A DNA stretch of 64,000 nt from Gracilinanus agilis (lineage: Eukaryota). Each line of letters opens with the position of its first letter. Positions within the stretch are counted from its first letter, which is position 1. Location of the stretch: positions 210,464,350-210,528,349 of the forward strand of contig NC_058134.1 in NCBI RefSeq assembly GCF_016433145.1, in the 5' to 3' direction. Shown one piece after another: positions 50,645 to 63,312 of this stretch. The notes beneath the pieces are model-generated. The model searched no databases. It was not told the DNA's origin and saw nothing but the letters and a program-made list of their open reading frames with translations. The position numbers and the translations under genes were made by a program.

Positions 50645-51896
50645 CTAAAAAAGAAAATAATACATATTTAAATGCATATTAATTTTTCTAAATATGAAAT
50701 TAGATTCAAAGAAAAAATCTATCAGTTTCTGCACTAAGTTTATATTACTACTCTAAATTCAATAACCAAAGTCTCACTAAAATGTAGTTAGTTCTTGAAG
50801 GCCATCTCATATGTGACACCTTCATAGATTGGCATATCTAATAACAAGGTCGACAATCAGATTTATTAAAGTATTTCTATATTATAAAAAAGTTCCACCT
50901 ATCTATTTAAAACTATTACACTGAACCACAGAAAGTAACCAGCAGTTATTTTTTAGTAGCAAGCATACAGGACTACTTAACAAAAAATAAAAAATACAGC
51001 AAGCAGCCCATACTTACAGCACTGACTTCAAGAATAACCCTTTTTATTTGTAAAATACTTCCAAACTCCTTTTCCCCCTGAACATACATGTTATAAGAGC
51101 AAGCTTTTGCTTCAGTGGATACAGGTTGGAGAAATTTAAAGCAAGATTTAACAATTCAGTTGTCAAAATAAGGCTGGTTCAAATAAAAATTAATCTGTTC
51201 AAATTTTTTTCAACCTATTAAGTTTAAAGTTTCCAAGAATACAGTCAACATTACATTTGAGAATATACGTGCAATTATTATGATAATACAGAAGGGTACA
51301 TTATTGCTTAAGTCTAAAAAAGAAGGAAATCTAATTCACGTAATCTTGTTTCTCATATTGTTACATTTTAGGTATGAAACAACAAAATTCTGTATGGTTT
51401 TCTAAAGCATGATCATATAGAAAAAATTTCTACTAAGAGGAAAATTTAACAGTGTAAAAAAGCCAGTCTTAACAAATTAGCTACAAAAATTATTCCAAAT
51501 CTATAATAAGAAGTTTGTTAAAAATTAGTGAGAATTTTAGTATACAGGGAACTTTAAAGTTAGGATTAATTACATCTCTGAATCAAATCACTTTAACCTT
51601 GCTCAGTACCTGACAGCATCTGGGGAATAACTGCCATTTTGTACTGGTAGAGAGAGTTTCCATACCAGAACTTCTTTACAACAATGAAACCATAGGCCAA
51701 ACACTAACAAAAAAGTACAGGATACAGCAGCCTATTAGAGTATAAGTATTTCAATACTTCAATACTGAACTCTTGTTCAGAAGAATACAAAAGTAAATAA
51801 AGGGCTTTGGAAATTTTAAATACCATATAAATATAACCTCCATGTAAATATCAGTATCATATAACAAGAGATCATCTTAAAAACCTAACTGATGAG

Positions 51897-52066
51897 GGGC
51901 AGCTGGGTAGCTCAGTGGAGTGAGAGTCAGGCCTAGAGACAGGAGGTCCTAGGTTCAAACCCGGCTTCAGCCACTTCCCAGCTGTGTGACCCTGGGCAAG
52001 TCACTTGACCCCCATTGCCTACCCTTACCAATCTTCCACCTATGAGACAATACACCGAAGTACAAG

Positions 52067-52093
<27 letters not shown>
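51897..52093 (+). mobile_element. Young SINE1_Mdo-like SINE with long poly-A and 18-bp TSD, nested in an L1 tail
   Basis: TSD aaaaacctaactgatgag on both sides; about 28-nt pure poly-A. Confidence 0.92.
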
Positions 52094-52101
<8 letters not shown>

Positions 52102-52240
52102 AACTGATGAGCAGAATTGCTTGTCGGCTCTGGGAGGGGGAAGGGAAGACGGGAGGGAAAGAAAATGAATCATGGAAAAATATGTAAAAATAAAAATAAA
52201 CCTGATGATAATGATAACAGTAAAATTAACTACAACTTAC

Positions 52241-52348
52241 ATCTTCCAATGGTGTAATGGATGCACTTTCACCTCCATAATAGGAATTTCTATCCATGTG
52301 AAGGACCTTCTTTCCATTTACTGACATGATCCCAGAAAGGATGCATTC
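52241..52348 (-). CDS. GDI2: GDI2 exon 2 (108 nt); exon 1 is outside the window
   Basis: Encodes [36 protein letters not shown]. Exons 2-11 sum to 1293 nt; adding the expected 45-nt exon 1 gives 445 aa. Confidence 0.96.
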
Positions 52349-52530
52349 CTGTAGAGAAACATAAGTATTTTTAAAGGTAGAAAAGTGTGTAGCAAGTGCT
52401 AATACTCAGGAAAATTTCCTAGCCTTCTAGCACCTTTCCCTGACAATTGCCTCAAATGGAGGATGATGTTTTTTCATTATACTATATAGAAAAAAATTAA
52501 TGGAGGCAGGTAGGCAAGGAGCTATTTTAA

Positions 52531-53178
52531 ATTAGTATTTTATTTTATATTTTTATTTTAATTTTGAATATTTCCACATAGTTGTGTTCTTTCCCTCTCC
52601 CCAAGCCCCCTAAACCACCCCCTTAGCGGAAGCACAATTCCACTGGGTTTTACATATATCATTAAGACCTAATTCCATATTATTGATAGTTGGCCTAGAG
52701 TTATCGTTTGTCTTCATCCCCAATAATACCCCGTCAGCCCATGTGTTCAAGCAGTTGTTTTTCCTCTGTGTTTCTCCTCCCACAGTTCTTCCTCTGAATG
52801 TGGCTAGTTTTCTTTCTCATAAGTCCCTCAGCCTTTCTCTGGATCCTTGCATTGCTGCTAGTAGAGAAGTCCGATATGTTCAATTGTACCACAGTATATC
52901 AGTCTCTGTGTACTATGTTCTTCTGGTTCTGCTCCTTTCACTCTGCATCAATTCCTGGAGGTTATTCCAGTTCACATGGAATTCCTCCAGTTCTTTATTC
53001 CTTTGAGCACAATAGTATTCCATCATCAACAGATACCACAATTTGTTCGGCCATTCCCCAATCGAAGGACATTCTCTCATTTTCCAATTTTTTGCAACCA
53101 CAAAGAGTGCAGCTATAAATATTTTTGTACAGGTCTTTTTCCTTATTATCTCTTTGGGGTATAAACCAAGCAGTGCTA
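52531..53178 (-). mobile_element. 5'-truncated young L1 with TSD
   Basis: ORF2 end MVAKNWKMRECPSIGEWPNKLWY; TSD gagctattttaa at 52519-52530 and 53179-53190. Confidence 0.9.
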
Positions 53179-53699
53179 GAGCTATTTTAATTTAATCAAG
53201 GTTTTAAATGGAATTTGTGGTTTAAAGCTATAGGCTGGTAAGGAAATGAAGAGCATGTATTCTTAGGAATAAAACCAAGAAGAATAATGAGGAAAATACA
53301 ATCATCCAATCATGTGCATCCAGCATCTGTGACAGAAATTTACTAATTGCTGTACTGTGGCTATGAACATAGGGATTTTTACCCCACTATGAAAAGCTAT
53401 TTCTTAATTTAAAATTTTTTACAATGAACAAAGAATCTACCTCACTGTTTCACCATCACTTCACCCTACTGAGGAAGATGAAACAAAACCCCAGCTGTGG
53501 GCAGCAAAGTAGTTCAGTGGATAGAGAGCCAAGCCTAGAGACAAGAGGTTCTGGATTCAAATTTAACTTCAAATATTGCCTTGCTATGTGACTCCGGACA
53601 AGTTACTTACTTTAATTGTCAGTTCTCTTGTGCCTTGGAACTAATAGTAGCAATTCTAAAGCAGAAGGTAAGGTTTAAAAAAATGTAAACATATAATGA

Positions 53700-55450
53700 A
53701 GTAAAAGAAATCCTGCTTTGGCTCTGGGACCAATCCATCTGCATCCTGAATCCATTATCTCTTTATCAGGAAGTGGGCAGCATGTTACTCAAGAGTCTTC
53801 CAGATTCATGGCCATTCCAATGATCCAAGCTTCTAAGTCTTTCAAAGTGGGCTTTACAATATTGTTGTTGCTATATAAACTATTTATTCTCCTGGTTCTG
53901 CTCATCTCAATCCACATTAGATCACACAACTCTTCTCAGGTTTCTATAAAACCATTCCCTTCATCTTACTTACAGCACAATCAATAGATTTCCATCACAT
54001 TTATAACTTCTTCAGCCATCCCCCAATTTTCAGGGCTCTGTTTAAAATTCTTTGTCACAAGAACAAAAGCTGCTATAAATATTTCTGAACATCCCTAAAG
54101 TTTTGCTTGAGACTACCACTCCTTCCCTAAAACTACCCTTTTATTTTTCCCTTGTTTCCTAGTTGAGTAAGTGTATTTCTATATACAACTTTTTCATTCT
54201 TTTGACCAGTTTATAAATCCTTGTGCACTCCAACTATGTGAGATAATTTCCCCCATTCTTCTCTTCCCCTTCTTCCCTATTGTATATTCCTCTTGCCCTC
54301 CTTTTCCATCCTACTATTAATATTAAGATCAACAAAACATAACCATCACTCCTAAGTCCTCTGTATGACTGCCCCTATGACCTGTGATGAGAATTGAGGG
54401 GGAAATGTGTCATCTCCTAGAATTAAAAAAAAAATTATCCTTGTTTAGACTCTTATAATTTACTTGCTCGTGTTCAGTTTTGTTTGCTTCTTAACTCCTG
54501 TGTTTATAAATCCTCTTTTTCATTAAAGATATATTTTGCCTCCATAGGATTAGACTCAAGTTTTTCTGGGTAAGCTATTCTTGCTTGTAAACCATTATCT
54601 TTTGACTTCTACAATACCATATTATAAATTCTTCATTCCCTTTATAGTGGTGACTGCTGATTGTGGCTCTTTACAGATGCTTACAATATTTTCATTTTGA
54701 TCCAGAACTCTGGATTTGGGCAATAATGTTTCCAGATGTATTAGTTACTCACTTCTGGGATTGTTTTGAAGATCTTTGTCACCATAATGGCTTTTAATGG
54801 TGAGATTCTTTTTTTCTATTTGCCCATTCTTCCATACTACTTGCTGATTTCAGAATTTACTTTAGGACCAAGCTCTACAAACATCTGAAAAGAATGTCTG
54901 GTCTAGTTGGTCATGCTGCTGCTTTCCTGAGATACTGAATACTTATTCCAGGACTTTAGGGAAAGCTCAAGCCCTGGGTCCTGCAAGCTTTCAGGGCTCT
55001 GAAAGCAGTTTGATGTAGGGCAATGGTTGATTTTTGCCTTTTGGTTTGAATTTTCTAAATTCTTGATCTAGATTTGAGGTCGAGCAATGTAACTCTGTCT
55101 GAAGCTCCAGTAAACTACTTTTGGACTCGGCCACTAGTGATCAGCTAGAAAGCTCTACTGGTCAAGTGAAACAGAACTACAGGATCCCCTCTGATCTTGC
55201 CCATATTCCACTGTAAGGTTTCAGATGGGGCCACTATCCCTACTCCTGCATTCAGAAAAACAGAGCTGATGCTCACTTTTGAAGTTTACTTCTTATTCAG
55301 CAGCTATTCACTCCTCACACTGAACACTCTCTAGGCCAGGGTTTTGGGCAGCAGAGCTGCCAGCTGGCATGTATTCCTTTATCCTACTTGACACTGGACC
55401 TCTCTTAGCTAGATTTGGTACTTGATAGGTCTTCTTCCTTTCCTTTTTTT
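53700..55450 (-). mobile_element. L1 derivative: 5' UTR, ORF1 and spacer joined to the ORF2 tail and 3' UTR (HAL1-like)
   Basis: ORF1 remnant (TTIKG..KSKDNGLQARIAYPEKL) at about 54550-54660 and ORF2 tail at about 53950-54095. EN and RT are absent. Confidence 0.55.
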
Positions 55451-55494
55451 TCATTAATTCTCCTGATATTCTTGACTTTTTGTTCTTTCAAATG

Positions 55495-56173
55495 AAGTTA
55501 TTTTTTTCTAGCTCTATCAAGTAATCCTTTGGTAGGTTGATAACATTGAATAAGTATATTAATTTAGATAAAATAATTTTTATTATATTGGTTTGGTCTA
55601 CCAACAATAAATCAACATTTCTCCAGTTACTGAAAATAGTTTAGCAAAAACTAAAGTATAGACCAATATTTCACACTGTATACCAGAATAAAGTCAAAAT
55701 AGGTACATGATTTGGACATTAAAAGTACCTCCATAGCAAATTAGGGAAGCATGGAATACTTTATCTATTAATGTATTAAAATCCATATTACCTATTAATA
55801 AGGGGATCATTTATAACCAAATAAGAGAGAGGGATATAAAATGTATAATTCTGATTACATTAATTTTTTAAATTGCACAAATAAAACCAATACAGTCAAG
55901 AAAGCAAGCAGAAAAGGAGGGGGAGGAGAATTTTATGGCAAGTTCTAATAAAAACCAAATTTATTTCTCAAATACATAGAGAATTGAGTCAAGTTTCTAA
56001 GAATGCAAGACATTCTACAATTGATAAGTGGTCAAAAGATATGAACAGGCAATTTTCAGAAGAAATCAAAGCTACTATAGTAATATAAAAATGCTCTAAA
56101 TCACTCGATTCAAGAAATAGAATTTAAAACAACTCTGAGGCACTACCTCCCACTTATCAAATTGACTAATATA

Positions 56174-56253
<80 letters not shown>

Positions 56254-57445
56254 TGACAAATGTTGGAGGGGATATGGGGAAACTGGGACACTAATGCACT
56301 GTTGGTGGAGTTGTGAACTGATCCAACCATTCCAATGAGTAATTTGGAACTATGCCCCACTACTAGATCTATTCACCAAAGAGATTTTATAGAGGTTGGA
56401 AAAAGAGGACCTTTATGTACAAATATATTTATATATATATATTTTTTTTTGTGATGGCAAAGAAATGGAAATTGAGGACATGCCTATAAATTAGGGAATG
56501 GCTAAATAATTGTGATACATAATTATGATGGAATATAAAGTGTTATATTCTGTACTATAAAGAATGATTGAGATGCTTTCAGAAAAACCTGAAAAGACTT
56601 ACATGAATTGATACAAACTGAAGTGAGAACTAAAAATACATACACTGTACACAGTACAATAAGGTAAGGAACAATATATTTGATTTTTATCTTTGTAGTT
56701 TCAGTTCTTAATACAAAAAATAGATGTATCTCAGGCATTTTCATCATCTCATTTGAGCATCACAGTCCTGTGAGGTAAAAATTACTCCAGTAATGGAGAG
56801 GTATAATTTCTCCAGTTTACAGATGAGGACACAAACTCAGCAAACTGTCTGAGAGTGGCACAACTTATTGTCAGTGAGGATTCAAAACCAATTCTCTCCT
56901 GACTCCAAATCCAGAACATTTCCCCAATTTAGTCACCCTCACAATAAAAAGAAATGAGGAGAGTTCAATGTGGTAAAAAATACTGAAAATTCACAACCAC
57001 ACTACAAAATGAAGGATCACGAAAGGAACTAAGTCCAAGATGATGAACTTAGTACTATGCTCTAGCAGCTAGCTACTTAAATCTAAGCCACCACAAACTC
57101 CGGACAATGATCAACTATGAATGGCTAGGCTATTCTCAGCAATTCAATGATCCAAGACAATCCCAGAGGACTTACTGTTACAAAATGCTATCCACCTCCA
57201 GAAAAAAATTAGTAGAGTCTGAATGCAAATTGAAGCATACTTTTTTCCTAGGGTTGGGTTTTTTTTTTGGTCTGTGTTTTCCTTCACAACATGACTAATA
57301 TGGAAATGTGTTTTGCATGACCACACATGTATAACCTTTTTCAAATTGCCTGCCACCTTAGGGAGGATAACTGGAAGGAGGGAATTTGGAATTCAAAGTT
57401 TAAAAAAGTTAATTGTTTTTATCTATAATTGGAAAAATATATTTT
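55495..57445 (+). mobile_element. Older L1 3' half with an inverted 5' segment, an internal microsatellite and a 440-bp foreign insert
   Basis: 55495-55630 is antisense RT-region sequence; from 55650 onward the ORF2 end and 3' UTR are in sense. Confidence 0.7.
56173..56250. repeat. (GAAA)n(GA)n microsatellite
   Basis: Directly visible in the sequence. Confidence 0.95.
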
Positions 57446-57924
57446 TAAATAGCAAAACATTGAACCTCAATTAAACAAAATGTTATTTCCATTAATCCAG
57501 CTTTCTTGAGATACTGAATTTGGAGTTATCCCAGGATCTCAGGGATAGTTCAGGCCTGGGTCCTACAAGCTTTCAGTACTCTGAAAGCAGGTTAATGAGG
57601 GACAAAGTCTGTACCAAATATTGTTGGAAATTTTGTTTTCTCTTTTGTTGTATGTTATTATCTACATAATTTGTTTAGATTATAACATTCATTTTGAGGT
57701 AATGTAGCCATTTGGAGATCACAAAATGTCTAAACTCACTTTCTGCCAGTCTGCTTTCTTCTTTCCTGTTTCCCCTGTAGTTTTTGTCAAATATTAAGTC
57801 CTGTCGCAAATAATTAGCATCCTTTAGTTTATTAAACAGTGTTAATATATTCATTTTTTGTATATGCCAAGTACCAAATCTTTGCACTGATGGACCTTTC
57901 TTTTTAACTGGTCTCAAATAGCAA

Positions 57925-58140
57925 GGAGCAGATAGGTGGTACAATAGATGGAGTGATGGGTCTGGTGTCAGCAAGACTTGAGTTCAAATGTGACCTCGGA
58001 TACTCCCTTAGGTGTGTAACCCTGGGCAAGTCACTTAACCCTCTTTGCCTTGGTTTCCTCACCTGCAAAATGTGGTGAAGGAAATGGTAAACCATTGCTG
58101 AATTTTTGCTAAGAAAAGATGGACATGACAGAAATGACAA
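57925..58140 (+). mobile_element. MAR1-type SINE
   Basis: gagcagataggtggtacaatagat...gagttcaaatg...gaaatggtaaaccattgctg. Confidence 0.75.
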
Positions 58141-60199
58141 CAGCTTTGATGATTATTGCTTATAGTATAGTTTGAGATGTTATTGCCAAGCCCCATTCTT
58201 TCCCTTTTTCCCCTCCATTATTTCCCTTGAGAATCTTGCCAGAATCCTATATTTCTAATACTATTTGACCAGTTATCAGAGAAATCATGCAACAATAGAA
58301 GAATGAGCCTTAGGCCAATCTAACCCTCTCACTTTAAAGATAAGAATGATGAGACCCAGAAAAGGGAAAGTAACTTGTCTAAGACCATAAAGCTGGATTC
58401 TGAGCTACAACTGAGTAAAGTCAGATCTTTCTAGTCCAATGTTTGTGTCATTGGGTCCATTTGAGTAAGACATGGCTTTTTGCCACAAAGGAAAAAATAT
58501 GACAAATTAAAGGGTGAAAATCTAGATATCTTAAAGTTATAAAGTAAAACTTAGACATAGTTGAAATCTTATGTAAGCAGGAATTCTACTTAACTCAAGA
58601 GTGTAAATCAGCTAAAACTGGATCACAGTGTTAATTACTATCATATTTTGTAAATGTAATATGACAATTATTAATTCAAAATGAATTTTAAAATAAATAA
58701 TACATCCTATTCAATTCAACAAACAAGTGAATCCTCATTATTTGCAACGCACTATAGGATACAAAGACAAACAACTGAAGGGCCCAAATAGCCACCTTCC
58801 CAGATAGCATAAGTATGTGTTAGGACTCCATTTTTGGAAGAAAAAAAATCTACACATATATTTTTAAGTGCTCAAGTGTCACACAGTCTTCATTAAAAAA
58901 AACAGCATCTCACACTCCATGCAAATTAACATAAGTATTTTTAAAAAATCATAACAGATTGACACTTTAAATAAACAAAACAGTAAAAAGACAGTTTTTT
59001 AAAGTGATGCTTACTAATCTAAAAGAAAAAGAAAAAAGCAGTATTTTACTAAGTGAAAAAAGTACAAGACTTAGAGTAAAAGATCTAGGTTCAAACCCTA
59101 GTTTTACCACTGTGATCTCTGAGACTCTTTCCTTATTTATAAAAAGGGGAAAGAAAAGGGGTGTTTAGGCTAAATGATCTCTCATGTCCCTTGTAGTTGG
59201 TAAAGCATTCTGCAAGCTTTAAAGTGCTATATAAATACTAGCTATTATTACTATTTATTCATTAAATTGCTGAATAACTACGATGATGCTTATAATAAAT
59301 GTGAAAGGGATTTTAAGAAATGTTACAAGGTAAAGAATTTTCTGAACCTCTTTTAGTTCTAAATCCTATACAAGTAGCTTTGTTAAGCCATTGAAAAAAG
59401 GAAGTCATTGATTCAACATTAAGACATGAAAATAATTCCTAAATATACAGAATTTATCTACAATTTCAAATAGCATAAAATTAAAGTTTGCTATTATCTA
59501 ATGAAAACTAGATTAAATAGAAGAGCATTAAAACCATGTTATTCCAAATAAGGTTTCCCTGTATTTAATCTTCAATCCCCTTATCAGTTGCATTTGCTTT
59601 TTAATAACATACTTTCAGTATTCCATTAGTGACTCCCACCTAATAATTAATATATAAATTGACATGCCAAAAATGTTGGTTTTAATACTACCAAATGCTA
59701 TCCATTTTTAAATTTCTATAGAGTACATCAACAAAGGAGTCAACCAGAATAACATGTACCAAAAAGTCAAACCAAAATTACAGCACTAATTTCAATATTC
59801 AAGTTAGAACTTCACCCATTTAGTACTTTATTTTCTTGTATAAATGGAAATGATCTACCTAAATTGTTTAAAATGTGGCTAAGGCAAAATGTCGTCCATA
59901 GGAAAGAAAAATATAATACACATCCCACAGAATGAATTTTAGCACATTTTTTTTTCATAAGATTTAGAACCCTATAGAAAATATATCCACCCACATGCTA
60001 ATCAAGAGGAGGTAGGATGGTTTAATGGTTGATTTTGTAAAGAACATTTCACTGAAAATCAGGAAAAATAGGATTCTAGTTCTGGTTCTGACATTTACTT
60101 GGTACATGTGATTTGAGGCAATTCATTAACTTTTCTGAGTCTCTTTTCTACTCATTTAGAAAAATGAGGCTCAATTATATCTCTAAGTTTTCTTCCTTT

Positions 60200-60398
60200 T
60201 TTTTTTAAACCCATACCTTCTCTCTTAGAAGCAATACTGTATATTTGCAAAAGAGTGGCAAGTGCTAGGCAATTGGGGGGTTAAGTGACTTGCCCAGGGT
60301 CACACAGCTAGGAAGTATCTGGGGTCACATTTGAACCCAGGACCTCCTGTCTCTAAGCCTGGCTCTCAATCCACTGAAATAAAATATCTAGCTGCCCC
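60200..60398 (-). mobile_element. SINE1-like SINE
   Basis: ttaaacccataccttc...tttgaacccaggacctcctgtctct...ctagctgcccc. Confidence 0.8.
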
Positions 60399-61451
60399 TA
60401 GTCTCCTTATTTCTAAGCCTAAAATTCTAACAGCAATATAACAATACTATAAATTTCTTTCCAATCTATGGTGATAAGCCTGAAACAAAATTAATGGCAT
60501 TCTAGAGTACTTAATTTGCTAACTACCAAAGACTCTGACTCTGACTAATAAAATAATAGATTGCATATGCCTTATTAATATGTCAGTATTAATCAGCATA
60601 TATTAAAATAACAAAACAAGGGACTTCATAAAAGTCATCTGATCTAACATCTACTCAAATCATAAATCCAACTTTATACCATTCCAACAACTCCAATGAC
60701 AGGAACATAAGGATATGGCTGGGAAATTAATCTGTGATTTCATTGGTTAAAAATAACTTCCAGGTGAGATTTCCTCTATCAATATATAGTCTAAAAGAGC
60801 TGCTTAGAGCATGAGAAGCTAAGTGACTTGCCACAGAGTCAAAGAGCCAGTCAGTATATAACAGAGGCAACACTTGAACCCAGGCCTTCTTGTCTTTGAA
60901 GAATGTTCTTTATCCATTTTCCCATGCTCCCTCTCAAAAGAGCAAAGTATTTGTTCTAATTCTGAGTAACTTTTGTCATTAGGATTTTTATGTTTAGGGC
61001 CAAGCAGAACAAATCTACTGACTTTCTTTATATGTCTACCTCTAAATGTTTAAAGATTTCTATCACATGTAACCCCTAAGTCTTTTCACCAGGCTAAACA
61101 TTCCCAAGCTACATCTTAACAGACTGGCTCCAACCTACCTACCTTTCCAGGCTCACATTATTTTCCTTTGAACTTATTTTGGCCCAATCTAACTGATTAT
61201 CTTGATATTCATTCAGCAACATCCCATCTTGGTGCCATTGATGGCTGTCCCCAGAAGTATTCTCTCTCTCCTCCCCTCCAGTTCTTAAAATTCCTAGTTC
61301 ATTCAGAACCTAACTCAACTATCATGTTCAAAAAGAAGTCTTTCTCTAATTTCCCCAGTTCCTAACACTTATCATTCCCTAAATTACCTTCTATTTATTT
61401 TGCATATATTTACATGTGTTATACCTACAGTCTCTCTCTATAAAATGTAAG

Positions 61452-61697
61452 GGGCAAGTAGGTGACAGTGGATAGAGTACAGGACCCGAAATCAGGAAGA
61501 CCTATCTTCCCAAATTCCAATGCAGCTTCAGACATTTAATAGCTATGTGACACTGGGCAAGCCACTTAACCCTGTTTCCCTCTCATCTGTAAAATGAGCT
61601 AGAGAATGAAATGGCAAACCACTCCAGTATTTTTGCCCAAAAAAACCCAAATGGGGTCTCAAAGAATCAGACAAGGGTGAAAATGACTGAACAACAA
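61452..61697 (+). mobile_element. MAR1-type SINE
   Basis: ggggcaagtaggtgacagtggatagag...gaaatggcaaaccactccagtatttttgcc...aaatgactgaacaacaa. Confidence 0.8.
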
Positions 61698-63127
61698 TAA
61701 AACGTAAGGAATACTATGTTTTTTTATCTTTGTAGTTTTAGTTCTTAATACAAAAAAATGAATATCTTAGGCATTTTCATCATCTCACTTAAGGATCATA
61801 ATGAGGTAAAAAATTACAGGTATAACTTCTCCAGTTTATAGATGAGGACACTGGTAGTATACTTATTAAGTGTTATCCAGGATTCAAAACCAATTCTCTT
61901 CTGACCCCAAGTCCAGAACACTTCCCCAATCTAGTCACCCTGACAATAAAAGGAAATGAAGTTTGCCTGGCATGGTTTTTTGATGAACCCATGCTGGCTC
62001 ATGCCTATTCTACTAAGTGAAAAATACTGAAAATTCACAACTGCACTACAAAATGAAGGATCATACAAAAGGAACTAAGTCCAAGATAATGAACATATTA
62101 CTATGCTCTAGCAACCTAACCTAACCCACCACAAACTAAGGACAAGTTTGCTTTTCTTAAGTCTTGCTGTTTTCCAACCTACCACACAGAGACTCAATTC
62201 AATCCCTAAAATTAAAAATATTTGCATGTAAATAATTTTCTAAGTGATACCCATTTTTTCAATTTCCACATTAGCTGTTTCTTTGATAGCAACAGTTTAT
62301 AGCTTTAGTATAAATCTGACCCAACATAACAAATGAGTATAAATAAACACCACAAATCTTTGTATTAGATAGAATGAAAAGATGTTATGTTATTTTTAGT
62401 AACTTTTGTAAACAGTTAACCAAACAAATAAAAGCTGAAAATTGTTCTTTTACCATCAATCAAAAATGACTAAAACTAGTTAGGAGTATATCTTTTTTTA
62501 CTAGGATACCAAAAGACTAGGATACATTCAAATATTGCTCAATGAGTACAAGAACTTAACACAAATTCAGGAATTTTAAGATGAGTCAGATGACACAAGA
62601 TATAATGTTAGGACAAGATAGAGCTCCTAGAAAGCATTTTAAGATTTTTTAGGGGTGGAGGTTCAAAATGATTTGCCCTTGTCCTCCAACACTATTTTTC
62701 TCAAGGATACTTTATTTGTTCATCCAACAAATATTTATTCAGCTTAAAATAAACCATGAAATGATATGCAATAAAGAATTTACCTTTTCTTTCTTTCTTT
62801 TCTTTTTTTTTTATTTTTGCAGGGTAAGTTACCCAAAGTATGGATAGGTTATTAGAATTCAATAAAATGCCATGGGTCATAGAAAAGCCTTTTATTGGTA
62901 TTTTTATATTGTAGCATTAATAGGATCAACTAACCAAATTAATTTTTTAAAGCCATAATCTTTTGAGAAAAAAAATGCAATGATGGAAATGATGAAGTAT
63001 GTTTAACTCTGGGATGAAAATAATGAGCATAACATTAGTTCTGGAAGGATAGGGCTCTTAAAAATACTTTTTTTGTCCTCTTCCTCAATAGAAGCCACTC
63101 AAATTAGGCAAGGTCATTTATGGAGTG

Positions 63128-63312
63128 GGGCAGCTAGGTGAAGCCTTGGGTAGAATATTAGGCCTGAAGTCAATAAGATTCTTCCTGAATTTAAATCTGG
63201 CCTCAAACAGTCACTAGCTCTGTGATCCTGGGCAAGTCATTTAACCCTGTTCCCCTCCATTTCTTCACCTGTAAAATATGAAAATGGCAAACCACTCCAG
63301 TATCTTTGCCAA
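63128..63312 (+). mobile_element. MAR1-type SINE
   Basis: ggggcagctaggtg...aaatggcaaaccactccagtatctttgcc. Confidence 0.78.

Larger units (their letters stand above)
56663..62145 (+). repeat. Dispersed direct duplication of about 440 bp (56663-57107 and 61703-62145)
   Basis: Colinear matching blocks: tttatctttgtagtt, ggcattttcatcatctca, ggattcaaaaccaattctct, aaaatactgaaaattcacaac, ggaactaagtccaagat, ccaccacaaact. Confidence 0.9.

Noticed and set aside
52241-52348. Calling the minus-strand gene GDI1
   Set aside because: The C-terminus [11 protein letters not shown], the exon 3 and 8 sequences and tail-to-tail linkage with TASOR2 all match GDI2.
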